Below, in pieces: positions 45,042 through 54,243 of a stretch of DNA of 64,000 nt. Numbering within the stretch: position 1 is the stretch's first letter; each line of letters begins with the position of its first letter. The notes under the pieces were generated by a model, which was given only the letters and a program-made list of their open reading frames with translations, did no database searches and was not told the DNA's origin. The stretch lies in assembly GCA_963719145.1 (NCBI GenBank), contig CAVRAX010000001.1, positions 71,544 through 135,543 of the forward strand. The letters run 5' to 3'. This DNA is from an uncultured Chloroflexia bacterium. Lineage in GTDB: Bacteria > Chloroflexota > Limnocylindria > Limnocylindrales > CSP1-4. The position numbers and the translations under genes were made by a program.

Positions 45042-45869
45042 TCAACCCTGGACGCGCCGGTGGAGGAGCGGGATCCGAAAGAGGTCCCACGCGACTCGCA
45101 CGGCCAGGCGCAGGCCCGGGTGCATCCGGGAGCCGTGGACGTCGGACCAGCGGACCGGCACGATGGCCAGCCGGCAGCCGAGCCGCCGGGCCAGGTGGAT
45201 CAACTCGACGTCGAAGACGATCGAGGTGACCAGCTGACGCGAGAAGATCTCGCGTGCCGCATCCCGGCGGAAGCCCTTGAAGCCGCACTGCGTGTCCTGG
45301 ACCGGACCGACCACCCAGATGGAGGCGAGCGTATGGAACAGCCGGCCGAGGAGGCGGCGGTAGCCGGGCTGCGAGGCGCGCATGTCCGAGCCGTCCGGCT
45401 GGATCCGGCTGCCGAGGGCGACGTCCGCGCCGGGCTCATCGGCGTTCCCGGCGAGGGCGGCGAGGAGCTTCGGCAGCTCATCGGGCGGGGTGGCCATGTC
45501 GGCATCGGCGAATACGACCACATCGCCACCGGCGGCCAGCATTCCCGCCCTGACGGCCGCGCCCTTGCCGCCGTGTGGCACCCGCAGGAGCTCAAGGCGG
45601 AGGGGCGCGTCCTCGGGAACGGCCGCCTCGGGCCGGTCGAGGACGAGGTGAGCGGTCCAATCGGTGCTGCCGTCGTCGACGACGAGGACCTGGACACTGG
45701 GCGGGAGCGGCGGGTCGACGCTCGCGGCCGGGCCCCGAAGCCAGCCGAAGAGCTCGTCCAGCGCGGGCCCGATCCGGGCGGCCTCGTTGTAGGCCGGCAG
45801 GACGAGGGTCAGCCGCTCGAACGAGAAGGGCGTGGCGGATTGCACGCTCGAGCTCGATGTCAACGCCAT
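45042..45869 (-). CDS. GT2 glycosyltransferase, Dpm1/GtrB-like polyprenol-phosphate sugar synthase
   Basis: Contains LTLVLPAYNE and a DxD (VVDDGSTD, FADADM). Confidence 0.85.
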   Translation of the reverse strand: MALTSSSSVQSATPFSFERLTLVLPAYNEAARIGPALDELFGWLRGPAASVDPPLPPSVQVLVVDDGSTDWTAHLVLDRPEAAVPEDAPLRLELLRVPHGGKGAAVRAGMLAAGGDVVVFADADMATPPDELPKLLAALAGNADEPGADVALGSRIQPDGSDMRASQPGYRRLLGRLFHTLASIWVVGPVQDTQCGFKGFRRDAAREIFSRQLVTSIVFDVELIHLARRLGCRLAIVPVRWSDVHGSRMHPGLRLAVRVAWDLFRIPLLHRRVQG

Positions 45870-45970
45870 TGAGCGGCCAGTCTAGCCGCGCCGCCACCCC
45901 CGGCGACCACCCGATCGTCCGGTCCCGGCCTGCCTCGTCGGTCGCGCGGGGCGCGTGGATTGTGCCTCTG

Positions 45971-46215
45971 GTCAGGCGGAGCGGGTCGGATCCGCGCCCG
46001 TCAGGCGGGGCGGGTCGAATCCGCCCTCGTCAGGTATGCACCTCGGCGGAATGGTCTCCAAGTGGCGGACGGCGGCGTCGGATCTGCCCTCGTCAGGTAT
46101 GCACCTCGCCGGAATGGTCTCCAAGTGGCGGACGGCGGCGGGTCGGATCCGCCCTCGTCAGGTATGCACCTCGCCGGAATGGTCTCCAAGTGGCGGACGG
46201 CGGCGGATCGCGGGC
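45971..46215. repeat. Intergenic tandem repeat: two ~26-bp units followed by three 63-65-bp units
   Basis: Unit: ccctcgtcaggtatgcacctcgccggaatggtctccaagtggcggacggcggcgggtcggatccg. The short units (cgggtcgRatccgcccNcgtcagg) resemble a tRNA T-arm plus 3' acceptor (GGCGG-GTCGAAT-CCGCC-CTCGTCA). Confidence 0.75.
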
Positions 46216-46229
46216 ATCCTGACTCGTCG

Positions 46230-47426
46230 TCAGCCAGTCGTGGCCGGCGCCAGGGCAGGGCTCGGAGGCGCGCCGCGCCGCAAGGACAGCCAGAGGAGCA
46301 GCAGCGCGCCGGCGGTGGGCAGGCCGCGGTTCACGATCCAGCTGAGATCGCCGAGGGCCGTCTGCTGGCCGCCGGACATGAGGAGGTACGCGAGGCCGAG
46401 CCAGGCGATGGGGCGACCCTCGGCAAGGAGCAGGAGGAAGGGCAGGACCAGGATCGCGAGGTAGTGATGGTAGAGGCCCGGGGCGACGAGGATCGAGACG
46501 AGGACGGCGACCGTGAAGCTCATCCGGGCGGTCAGGCGCAGGGCGGCCCAGGCGAGGAGGACGAGGCCGACACCGGTGATGATGAGCCGGGCCGCGGTGA
46601 AGTCGAGATATGACGCCAGCCAGACCGTGGGGGCGAGGGTGTCGGTGGTGTCCTTGGGGGCCGACAGGTTCGCCAGGACGGTCGGGTAGTCCAGCCACGG
46701 CTGGACGCCGGTGAACGGCAGAGCCAGGAGCGTCGTCGCGATGACCCCCACGAAGACGAACGCCGCGCCCTGCCATCGGCGGGTTACGAGGAACCACAGG
46801 AGCAGGAGGCCCGGGAACACCTTGACGACCGCGGCGACCCCGACGGCGATGCCGGCAAGTCGCTCGCCGCGAGGGCTCGCGTCGCGGAGCCCGAGCCAGG
46901 CCAGGCCCAGCAGCCCGAGCAGGAGCAGGTGCACGTTGCCGAGGACAAGCTCGCCGATGACCGGCGGGAACCCGATCGCGGCCGCGACGAGCACCCATGA
47001 GCCGAGGCCGGTCGCGCGGCGGACCCGGTCCGTCAGCCCCTCTGCCCGGGCGATGGCGAGGACCGTGGTGACGAGGATCGCGAACCCGAGGGCGGTCCAG
47101 CCCCAGGCCGCGAGGCGGTAGTCAGCAGGGCCGATGGCGGCCCAGCGCGACACGAACCCGGCAAGGGGTGGCGGGTAGAGGAAGCCGTTCTGGCCCTGCG
47201 GCGCGTATGGCCCGGCCAGCTGCTCAGCCGAGTAGATCGGCTCACCCCGCAGCAGCGCCGCGCCGGCCCGCCAGTAATACGAGAAGTCGTAGCCCCACTG
47301 GGCCTGGCCGGTGAAGACGACGAACTGGACGAGCCGGAAGCCGACGAGGATCGCAGCGGCCACGATGAGCACCTGGCGTCGCACGCGCGGCTGGCCGAGC
47401 AGGCGGACCCCATACAGGTTCGACAT
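46230..47426 (-). CDS. DUF2029/GT87-like GT-C membrane glycosyltransferase (paralog group B)
   Basis: Contains the DUF2029 hallmark YDFSYYWRAGAALLRGEPIYS and ...GNVHLLLLGLLGLAWL...VVKVFPGLLLLWFLVTRRW. Confidence 0.7.
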   Translation of the reverse strand: MSNLYGVRLLGQPRVRRQVLIVAAAILVGFRLVQFVVFTGQAQWGYDFSYYWRAGAALLRGEPIYSAEQLAGPYAPQGQNGFLYPPPLAGFVSRWAAIGPADYRLAAWGWTALGFAILVTTVLAIARAEGLTDRVRRATGLGSWVLVAAAIGFPPVIGELVLGNVHLLLLGLLGLAWLGLRDASPRGERLAGIAVGVAAVVKVFPGLLLLWFLVTRRWQGAAFVFVGVIATTLLALPFTGVQPWLDYPTVLANLSAPKDTTDTLAPTVWLASYLDFTAARLIITGVGLVLLAWAALRLTARMSFTVAVLVSILVAPGLYHHYLAILVLPFLLLLAEGRPIAWLGLAYLLMSGGQQTALGDLSWIVNRGLPTAGALLLLWLSLRRGAPPSPALAPATTG

Positions 47427-47452
47427 CGCGGATCCAACCCTAGCAGCGGGCG

Positions 47453-48320
47453 GTGCCCGGGATGCGCGTGCCGCGGGTCGGGAACTCCTATCCTCGGCGC
47501 ATGATGGCGGCTGCGCTGTGGCTTCAATTCCGCCGCCCGGTACGCCACGCGCTCAGCGTCGTCGGGCTCGTGGGCCTGATCGTCCTGCTGCTGAACCCCG
47601 ACGCTCACGGCCAGGACGCCCACGCCTACTGGTCGTTCGATCCGGCCGATCCGTATGCCCTTTCCCACGGCACGGTCACGGCGCAGGATGCGTTCCTGTA
47701 CTCCCCGGCCGTGGCCCTCCTCTTCGTTCCCTTCCACGCGCTGCCCTGGACCGTGTTCATCACCGGCTGGACCCTGCTCCTCGCCGGCGCGGCGATCTGG
47801 CTTGGACGGTCGTGGGGGCTCGCGCTGCTCGCCCTCTACCCCGTCCTGCTCGAGGTCGGCTACGGCAACATCAGCCTCCTCCTGGCCGTGGCCATCGTGG
47901 TCGGGTTCAGGCGACCGGGCGCCTGGGCCGTGGTGCTCCTGACGAAGGTGACCCCGGGGATCGGGCTGTTCTGGTTCGTCCTCCGCCGAGAGTGGGCCGC
48001 GCTGGCGGAGGTCCTGGTTGTCGTCGCGGCGGCTGTCGTCATCTCGGCGCTGATCGTTCCGGACCTGTGGCCGCAGTGGTTCCGCCTCCTCGCGGAATCG
48101 TCGACTCTCCCCGACCCCGGGGCATTCGGGATGGTGCCGCGGTGGGCTCCGCTACGGACTCGCCTTCGTGTTGGTGGCCTGGGGCGCCCGGACGGACCGG
48201 CGCTGGCTCGTGCCGATCGCCGCCGGCATCGCGACGCCGGTCTCGTGGCTCTTCGCGCCGATCATGCTCGGGGCGATCCCACTGTGGCGGGAGCGCAGCG
48301 ACGAGGAGGGGCCAAGGTAG
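47453..48320 (+). pseudogene. DUF2029/GT87-like GT-C glycosyltransferase (group A) with a frameshift near 48140
   Basis: The N-terminal ~230 aa match the paralogs (DAHAYWSFDPADPY, GNISLLLAVAIVVGFRRP...LLTKVTPGIGLFWFVLRREW). After ...PDPGAFG the conserved C-terminus (LRYGLAFVLVAWGARTDRRWLVPIAAGIATPVSWLFAPIMLGAIPLWRER...) continues in a different frame and ends at 48320. Confidence 0.55.
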
Positions 48321-48329
48321 GATCCGCGG

Positions 48330-50630
48330 ATGCGGCGAAACGGGGTCCGCGTCGCTGTCCTCCTCCTGACCTGCTACCTCGTCCTCGTGGGCGGAAGCTG
48401 GTTCGGGCTGTATCTGAGCTCGCTTCGGACGGCTCGGTGGCGCTCGCCGCGATGACCTGCGGTATGGGGCGATCGTTGCCTGGCGGTTCGCCGGAATGGC
48501 GCCCCAGGAGCGCGCTGCTGCCGGCGATCGGCGTCGCCCTCGCCTCGCTCGCGGCCTCGACCGCCTTGTCGCGCTTCCCCCGGCAGTCCGTCGAGTACCT
48601 CGGCTACGCCGTCATCCTCGCCGCCCTCTACCTCCTGCTCGTCAGGATCCTGGCCGAACCCTTTCCTCCGCGGTCGGATGGGCGCCGCGGCCGTCGTCCT
48701 GTGCGCGGCCTGTCATCGCGTTCGTCTGGCTCACCGTCTCGCACTGGGTGGGATGTGGGCCCTCGTCGGCCGAGTGACCGTGCCGCCGCTTCGACCCGCC
48801 TTCGAGAGCCTCAGCTTTGGCAACCCGGCAGCCGCGCTGGCGATCACTGGTCCTGCTGCTGGCCTCCGTGCTCGGCATCGCGGATATGGGATCCCGCCTC
48901 CGATGCGTCGCCGGGCGTCCTGGCCTGCTCTGGTGCTGGCGTTCGTGATCATCGCGAGCGGCTCGCGTGCAGGCTGGCTGGCGGTCAGGATCGCGGTTCG
49001 TCGTGATCCCGGCCCTCGCGATGCGAAGGCCCGGGCGTCGGCGGCAGGTCCGCGCGACGGCCCATCGATCCTGGCGGAGCACCTCGGCGCCGGCTTGTGC
49101 TGGCGGGCCTGGCGGTCCGGGCTGGTCGGGAGCTGGCCATGCTGGCCCGGGGATCCTCGAGCGCCGGTGACCGGCGGCGAGAGCGATGCGGACCGCCTAT
49201 CTCAGCGCGGCCCTGCGGATGTTCGCAGAGTCGCCGATCCTGGGCACGGGACCGGGGACGTGGGTGATCCAGCGCGTCCGCTACACGGAGTCGTCCGAGG
49301 ACGGACTACTACATCCCGCACGCCCACAACATCTACCTCCAGACGCTGTCCGAGCTCGGGATCGCGGGCGCGCTTGCCGGGGTCGTCTCGTCGTCGGCCT
49401 GGCCGTGCTCGCGCGGGGGGCGATCAAGGATCCGGACCCAGCTCGACGCACTGGGGCTGGTTGGCGGCGATCGTGCTCATCTACCTCGCCGTCCATCAGC
49501 TGTTCGACTTCTACGCCAACATGCCGGCCATCCTGTTCGCCGCGGCGCTCCCCGTGGCCTGGCTGGACGCGACGCGCCGGGATGATCGGAGCGGCGTCCG
49601 ACGGCCCGGCCCCCGGAGGATCCGGATCGCGGCGATCGGCGCGGTCGGGGCGATCGGCGCGGTCGGGGCGATCGCGGTGGCCTGCGGGGGCCTCCTGCTC
49701 TCGGAGAGCGCAGCCATGACCCACGAGACGGCCGTCGCCGCGTACGAGGCAGGCAATTGGGCCCGCGCCGATGACCTGGCCCAGCAGGCCGATGTCGCGG
49801 ATCCAGCGTGGCCCCCGTATCAGCTGACCGAAGGTCTGACCGCCGCGGCTGTCGGCGACCACGCGCGGGCGGCGGCCAGGCTCCGTCGCGCCGCCGAGGC
49901 GGACGATCTCCCTGAAGCCTGGCTCGACCTGGCCGCCGAGGAGAGGCTCATCGGCCATGAAGCGGCGGCCCGGGACGCTCTTGGCCGCTCCGCTCGCCTG
50001 GGGCTCCAACGCCCGGCGCTGGCAATGGCGATCGGGGACCTCGCGATGCGCCTCGGCGACGATCAGCTGACGCTGACCGCGTTCGCTGCCGCTCTGGCGA
50101 GGATCCCGAGCCTCGCCGGCGATCCGTGGTGGCGCGGCGAGCCAGATCGAGCAGCCTTGTTCCCGGCCATCCTCGACGCGGGCATCGCCCGGGCCGGCGC
50201 GGGCGCGAGATGGCAGATCGCCCTGGCCGCGGGTGACATCGAAAAGGCTCGGTCCCTTGCCGGTGTCTCACGTGTCGGCGGCTCCGTCACGGCCGCCGAC
50301 GTGATCGACGCCTGGGACGGCGACGCGACGGCGATGGAGCGCGTGATCGCCGGCTGCGAGCAATTCCCGACGATGGCGGCCGTGATCGACTGGTGCGCCC
50401 GCCTTTCCGCCCGTGACGGAAACTCCGCGGAGGCAGACAGGTACCGCGCGTGGTCGTTCCCGTTGCTCGGCGAATCGACCGGCCCGTTCGAGGTTCGCGT
50501 CAGCGAGGGTCCCGTCCTGGGCAGCGCCATCCAGGGTGATGTCGCCGCCTTCTACGGCACCTACACCTATCGCCGGACGACGCCCTGGAATCTCCTGGTC
50601 CCGAGCCTTGTCCAGCTCAAGCTGACGTAG
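48330..50630 (+). pseudogene. O-antigen ligase/polymerase-like (Wzy_C) membrane protein with a C-terminal TPR-like domain, disrupted by at least 5 frameshifts
   Basis: ATG at 48330 gives MRRNGVRVAVLLLTCYLVLVGGSWFGLYL, then a stop. Wzy_C signatures are spread over three frames. These include ...RRRASWPALVLAFVIIASGSRAGWLAV, ...AESPILGTGPGTW and ...HAHNIYLQTLSELGIAG. The 49600-50630 portion (TPR-like, AAYEAGNWARAD...) is in a single frame. Confidence 0.55.
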
Positions 50631-50682
50631 GCCACCGGTACCATTGCGCCGACGCACCACCCGCGCCTAGGCTGGCCCGCGA

Positions 50683-52074
50683 ATGATCCGACGTCACGCC
50701 ATCGGGTTCCGGACGCTGCTCATGCTCGTCGACGGCACGCTCGCGGCCGTCGTCCTGGGCGCGGTTTCGTTCGCCCGATTCGGGCCCGACTGGTACGGCC
50801 GGTGGCTGCCGTATGTCAAGGAACCATGGGGATTCGGGGTCATCTTTGCCGCGGGCTGGGTGTCGGTCCTGTGGCTGCACGGCCTGTATCGGCCACGTGC
50901 CCGATGGACGATTCGGAGCGAGGCGCTGGCTCTCGCTCGGGCGACGTTCGTGACGGCCCTCGTCACACTCAGTGTGCTCTTCGTCATGCGGCTCCCGGAC
51001 ATCAGCCGGTCCTATCTCGTCCTGCTCTTCCCCGTCCAGTGGGGCGTTGGCCTCGCGACTCGCATCGTTCTGCGATACGCGTTCATGCGATTGCGTGAGC
51101 GCGGTTACAACCTCCGATACGTCCTCGTCATCGGCGCAGGCCCCAAGGCGCAGGCGTTCGCCGCAAAGCTCGAGGATCACAAGGAGCTGGGCCTGCGAAT
51201 TCACGGCTTCCTCGACGACGACGATTGGGATCTCGCCCGCGGCTGGAAGCTGCTCGGACGTATCGACACGCTCCAAAGCGTTCTCCACGACCGCGTGATC
51301 GATGAGGTCGTGATCTGCCTTCCGTTCGACCAGTGGGATCGGGTGAACGCGATCGCCCACCTCTGCGAGGAAGAGGGCAAGATCGTCCGCGTCCCCGTGG
51401 ATGTCCTCGACCGCGCGTTTGCAGCCGGCCGCGTCGAGGAGCTCGACGGGACGCCGGTCTACTCGATGATCTCGGGACCCGATCGGGTCGCCGCCCTCGT
51501 CGTCAAGCGCGTCTTCGATGTCGTCGTGACGGTTCTCGCGATGGTCGCCGGCGCACCGATCTTCTTCTCCGTCGCGCTGCTGGTCCGGCTGCGCGCCGGG
51601 TCTCCGATCTTCTTCCGCCAGGAGCGGGTGGGCCTCCATGGCCGGCGCTTCCAGGTCGTCAAGTTCCGAACCATGACGGTCGACGCCGAAGAGCAGTACG
51701 CGGACCTCGTGGCGAAGTCCGACCCCCGCGCCTTCAAGCTGGCCGACGACCCCAGGATCACGCCGACCGGCCGGTTCCTCCGCCGGACGTCGCTCGACGA
51801 GCTGCCCCAGCTGTGGAACGTCCTGAAGGGCGAGATGTCCCTCGTCGGGCCGCGACCGGCACCGCCCAGAGAGGTGGAGGGGTACGACCTCTGGCACCGC
51901 CGCCGGCTCTCGATGAAGCCCGGGATCACCGGTCTCTGGCAGGTCACCGACCGCCGGTCGGAGGTCTTCGACGACCGGGCCTTGCTCGACCTCTCGTACA
52001 TCGACCGCTGGTCGCTCTGGCTCGACGTCAAGATCCTGGCCCGGACCATTCCCGCCGCCTTCGATGGCCGCTAG
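50683..52074 (+). CDS. Polyprenyl-phosphate sugar phosphotransferase (WbaP/WcaJ-like initiating transferase)
   Basis: N-terminal TM segments, a CoA_binding_3-like domain and a Bac_transf C-terminus (FRQERVGLHGRRFQVVKFRTM...DELPQLWNVLKGEMSLVGPRP). Confidence 0.9.
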   Translation: MIRRHAIGFRTLLMLVDGTLAAVVLGAVSFARFGPDWYGRWLPYVKEPWGFGVIFAAGWVSVLWLHGLYRPRARWTIRSEALALARATFVTALVTLSVLFVMRLPDISRSYLVLLFPVQWGVGLATRIVLRYAFMRLRERGYNLRYVLVIGAGPKAQAFAAKLEDHKELGLRIHGFLDDDDWDLARGWKLLGRIDTLQSVLHDRVIDEVVICLPFDQWDRVNAIAHLCEEEGKIVRVPVDVLDRAFAAGRVEELDGTPVYSMISGPDRVAALVVKRVFDVVVTVLAMVAGAPIFFSVALLVRLRAGSPIFFRQERVGLHGRRFQVVKFRTMTVDAEEQYADLVAKSDPRAFKLADDPRITPTGRFLRRTSLDELPQLWNVLKGEMSLVGPRPAPPREVEGYDLWHRRRLSMKPGITGLWQVTDRRSEVFDDRALLDLSYIDRWSLWLDVKILARTIPAAFDGR

Positions 52075-52103
52075 GGCGTAAGGAGGGCCGGCGGCTGAAG
52101 CAG

Positions 52104-54242
52104 GTGCTGTTGCGTCGGGGATCGATCGCGGTGTCGGAGGTCCCGGCGCCGCTCGTGGAGGCCGGAACGGTCCTCGTCCGGGTCGCGTACTCGGCGATCT
52201 CCGCGGGTACCGAGATGAGCGGCATCCGCCACAGCGGAGCGCCGCTCTGGCAGCGTGCCCTCCGCCAACCGCAGAAGGTCGCCAAGGTCGTCGAGACCGT
52301 CGCGACGCGCGGCATTGGGGCGACTCGTCGGATCGTCGAGGCGCGGCTGGACTCGCCCGAGGCCGTCGGCTACTCCGCTGCCGGCGTCGTCGTCGAGGTC
52401 GGCGACGGCATCGACGACCTGCAGCCGGGCGATCGCGTCGCCTGTGCGGGCGCCGGCCACGCGCACCACGCCGAGGTGATCCGCGTGCCGCGAAACCTCG
52501 TCGTACCGGTGCCCGACGGCCTGGGCTTCGATGCGGCGAGCACCGTCACGCTCGGGGCGATCGCCCTCCAGGGCATCCGCCGGGCGCAGCCCACGATCGG
52601 CGAGACCTTCGTCGTGATCGGGCTCGGCATCCTCGGCCAGCTGACCGTCCAGCTGCTCCGGGCGAGCGGCTGCCGGGTCATCGGCGCGGACCTCGATACG
52701 AGCAGGGTGAAGCTGGCCCTCGACCTCGGCATGGACATGGCCCTCGGTGCCGACGCCCCGGACGGGCCCGAGACGGTCGCGCGCCTGACCGACCGGGTCG
52801 GGGCCGACGGCGTGATCGTGACCGCGGCGACCCGCTCCAGCGACGTCGTGGCAAGTGCCTTCCGGATGTGCCGGAAGAAGGGGCGCGTCGTGGTCGTCGG
52901 GGACGTGGGCATGGACCTGGACCGCGCCGACATCTACGCGAAGGAGCTGGACTTCCTCATCTCGACGTCCTACGGCCCCGGCCGCTATGACCGGCGCTAC
53001 GAGGAGGAGGGCCTGGACTATCCCGTCGGCTACGTCCGCTGGACCGAGAACCGCAACATGGCCGAGTACCTCCGGCTCGTCGCCGACGGCCGCGTGAACG
53101 TCGCCGACCTGATCTCCGCCCGCTACGACGTCGGCTCGGCGCCCGAGGCCTATGCCGCGCTCACGTCGGGTGACCAACGGCCGCTCATCACCCTGCTCCG
53201 CTACCCCGAAGCCGAGACCGGGGAGGCGGTAGTCCGGACCGTCCCGGCGTCCCGCCCGGCGCCGCTCAGGGACGGCGTCGTGGGCGTCGCGATCGTGGGC
53301 GCCGGAGCCTTCGCGAGCGCTGTTCACCTGCCCAACCTCGAGGCCATGCCCGACCGCTTCCAGGTCCGCGCCGTCGTGGGGCGGGCCGGTCACCGGGTCA
53401 CGGCGCTGGCGGATCGGCTCGGCGCCGCCTACGGCACGACCGACTACCCCCGCGTCCTCGACGATCCGGCGATCGACCTGGTCCTGATCGCGACGCGCCA
53501 TGACAGCCACACGGCGCTGGCGCTCCAGGCGCTCGGTCGTGGCAAGCACGTGTTCGTCGAGAAACCGCTTGCGCTCACCCGCGAGGAGCTCGACCAGGTC
53601 TCAGGCTTCTACGCCTCCTACGCCGAGACGGCGCCGATCCTCACGACCGGCTTCAACCGCCGCTTCTCGCCGCACGCAAGCCGACTGCGTGAGCTCGTCG
53701 GCGGGCGCCACGGCCCGATGGTCCTCGACTACCGGATGAACGCCGGGCACATCCCTGCCGACAGCTGGGTCCAGGGCCGCGAGGGCGGCGGCCGCAACCT
53801 CGGCGAGGCCTGCCACATCTACGACCTCTTCACGTTCCTCGCGGACAGCCCGGTGGTCGACGTCCACGCGACGCCGATCCGGCCCAGGGGCCGAGCCGTG
53901 CTGCCGACGGACAACTTCGCGGCGACGATCCAGTTCGAGGACGGGTCCGTCGCGACACTGACCTACACGGCCCTCGGGTCGGCAGACCATCCCAAGGAGC
54001 AGCTCGAGGTCTTCGTGGACGGCCGGGTCCACGTCCTGAACGACTACCTCACCCTGGAGAACCCCGGCTCGCAGGAACCCGGGGTCCGCACCCGGGTCCA
54101 GGACAAGGGCCATCGCGCCGAGCTGGAGGCCGTCGGCACGGCCCTCCGGGCCAATGGCCCCTGGCCCATCCCGCTCTGGCAGCAGGTGCAGGCGACCGAC
54201 GTCGCCCTCCGCGTCGAGGCGTACCTCCGGGCCGACGCCTGA
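52104..54242 (+). CDS. Bi-domain oxidoreductase: Zn-dependent alcohol-dehydrogenase-like (MDR) N-terminus fused to a Gfo/Idh/MocA C-terminus
   Basis: Contains a GroES-like ADH_N domain (GDRVACAGAGHAHHAEV). Two Rossmann folds are present (VIGLGILGQ and VAIVGAGAFAS), plus the GFO_IDH_MocA motif (FVEKPLALT). The start is a GTG near 52104. The upstream 770 nt of the track ORF are an artefact overlapping the sugar transferase. Confidence 0.85.
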   Translation: MLLRRGSIAVSEVPAPLVEAGTVLVRVAYSAISAGTEMSGIRHSGAPLWQRALRQPQKVAKVVETVATRGIGATRRIVEARLDSPEAVGYSAAGVVVEVGDGIDDLQPGDRVACAGAGHAHHAEVIRVPRNLVVPVPDGLGFDAASTVTLGAIALQGIRRAQPTIGETFVVIGLGILGQLTVQLLRASGCRVIGADLDTSRVKLALDLGMDMALGADAPDGPETVARLTDRVGADGVIVTAATRSSDVVASAFRMCRKKGRVVVVGDVGMDLDRADIYAKELDFLISTSYGPGRYDRRYEEEGLDYPVGYVRWTENRNMAEYLRLVADGRVNVADLISARYDVGSAPEAYAALTSGDQRPLITLLRYPEAETGEAVVRTVPASRPAPLRDGVVGVAIVGAGAFASAVHLPNLEAMPDRFQVRAVVGRAGHRVTALADRLGAAYGTTDYPRVLDDPAIDLVLIATRHDSHTALALQALGRGKHVFVEKPLALTREELDQVSGFYASYAETAPILTTGFNRRFSPHASRLRELVGGRHGPMVLDYRMNAGHIPADSWVQGREGGGRNLGEACHIYDLFTFLADSPVVDVHATPIRPRGRAVLPTDNFAATIQFEDGSVATLTYTALGSADHPKEQLEVFVDGRVHVLNDYLTLENPGSQEPGVRTRVQDKGHRAELEAVGTALRANGPWPIPLWQQVQATDVALRVEAYLRADA

Positions 54243-54243
54243 G

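Noticed and set aside
45971-46215. CRISPR array
   Set aside because: The units are contiguous with no unique spacers. No cas genes are present. This is a plain tandem repeat.
45971-46215. tRNA gene
   Set aside because: Only a T-arm plus 3' acceptor-like segment is present. No D-arm, anticodon arm or matching 5' acceptor strand could be found. I saw no convincing tRNA anywhere in the window, but I could not run tRNAscan.
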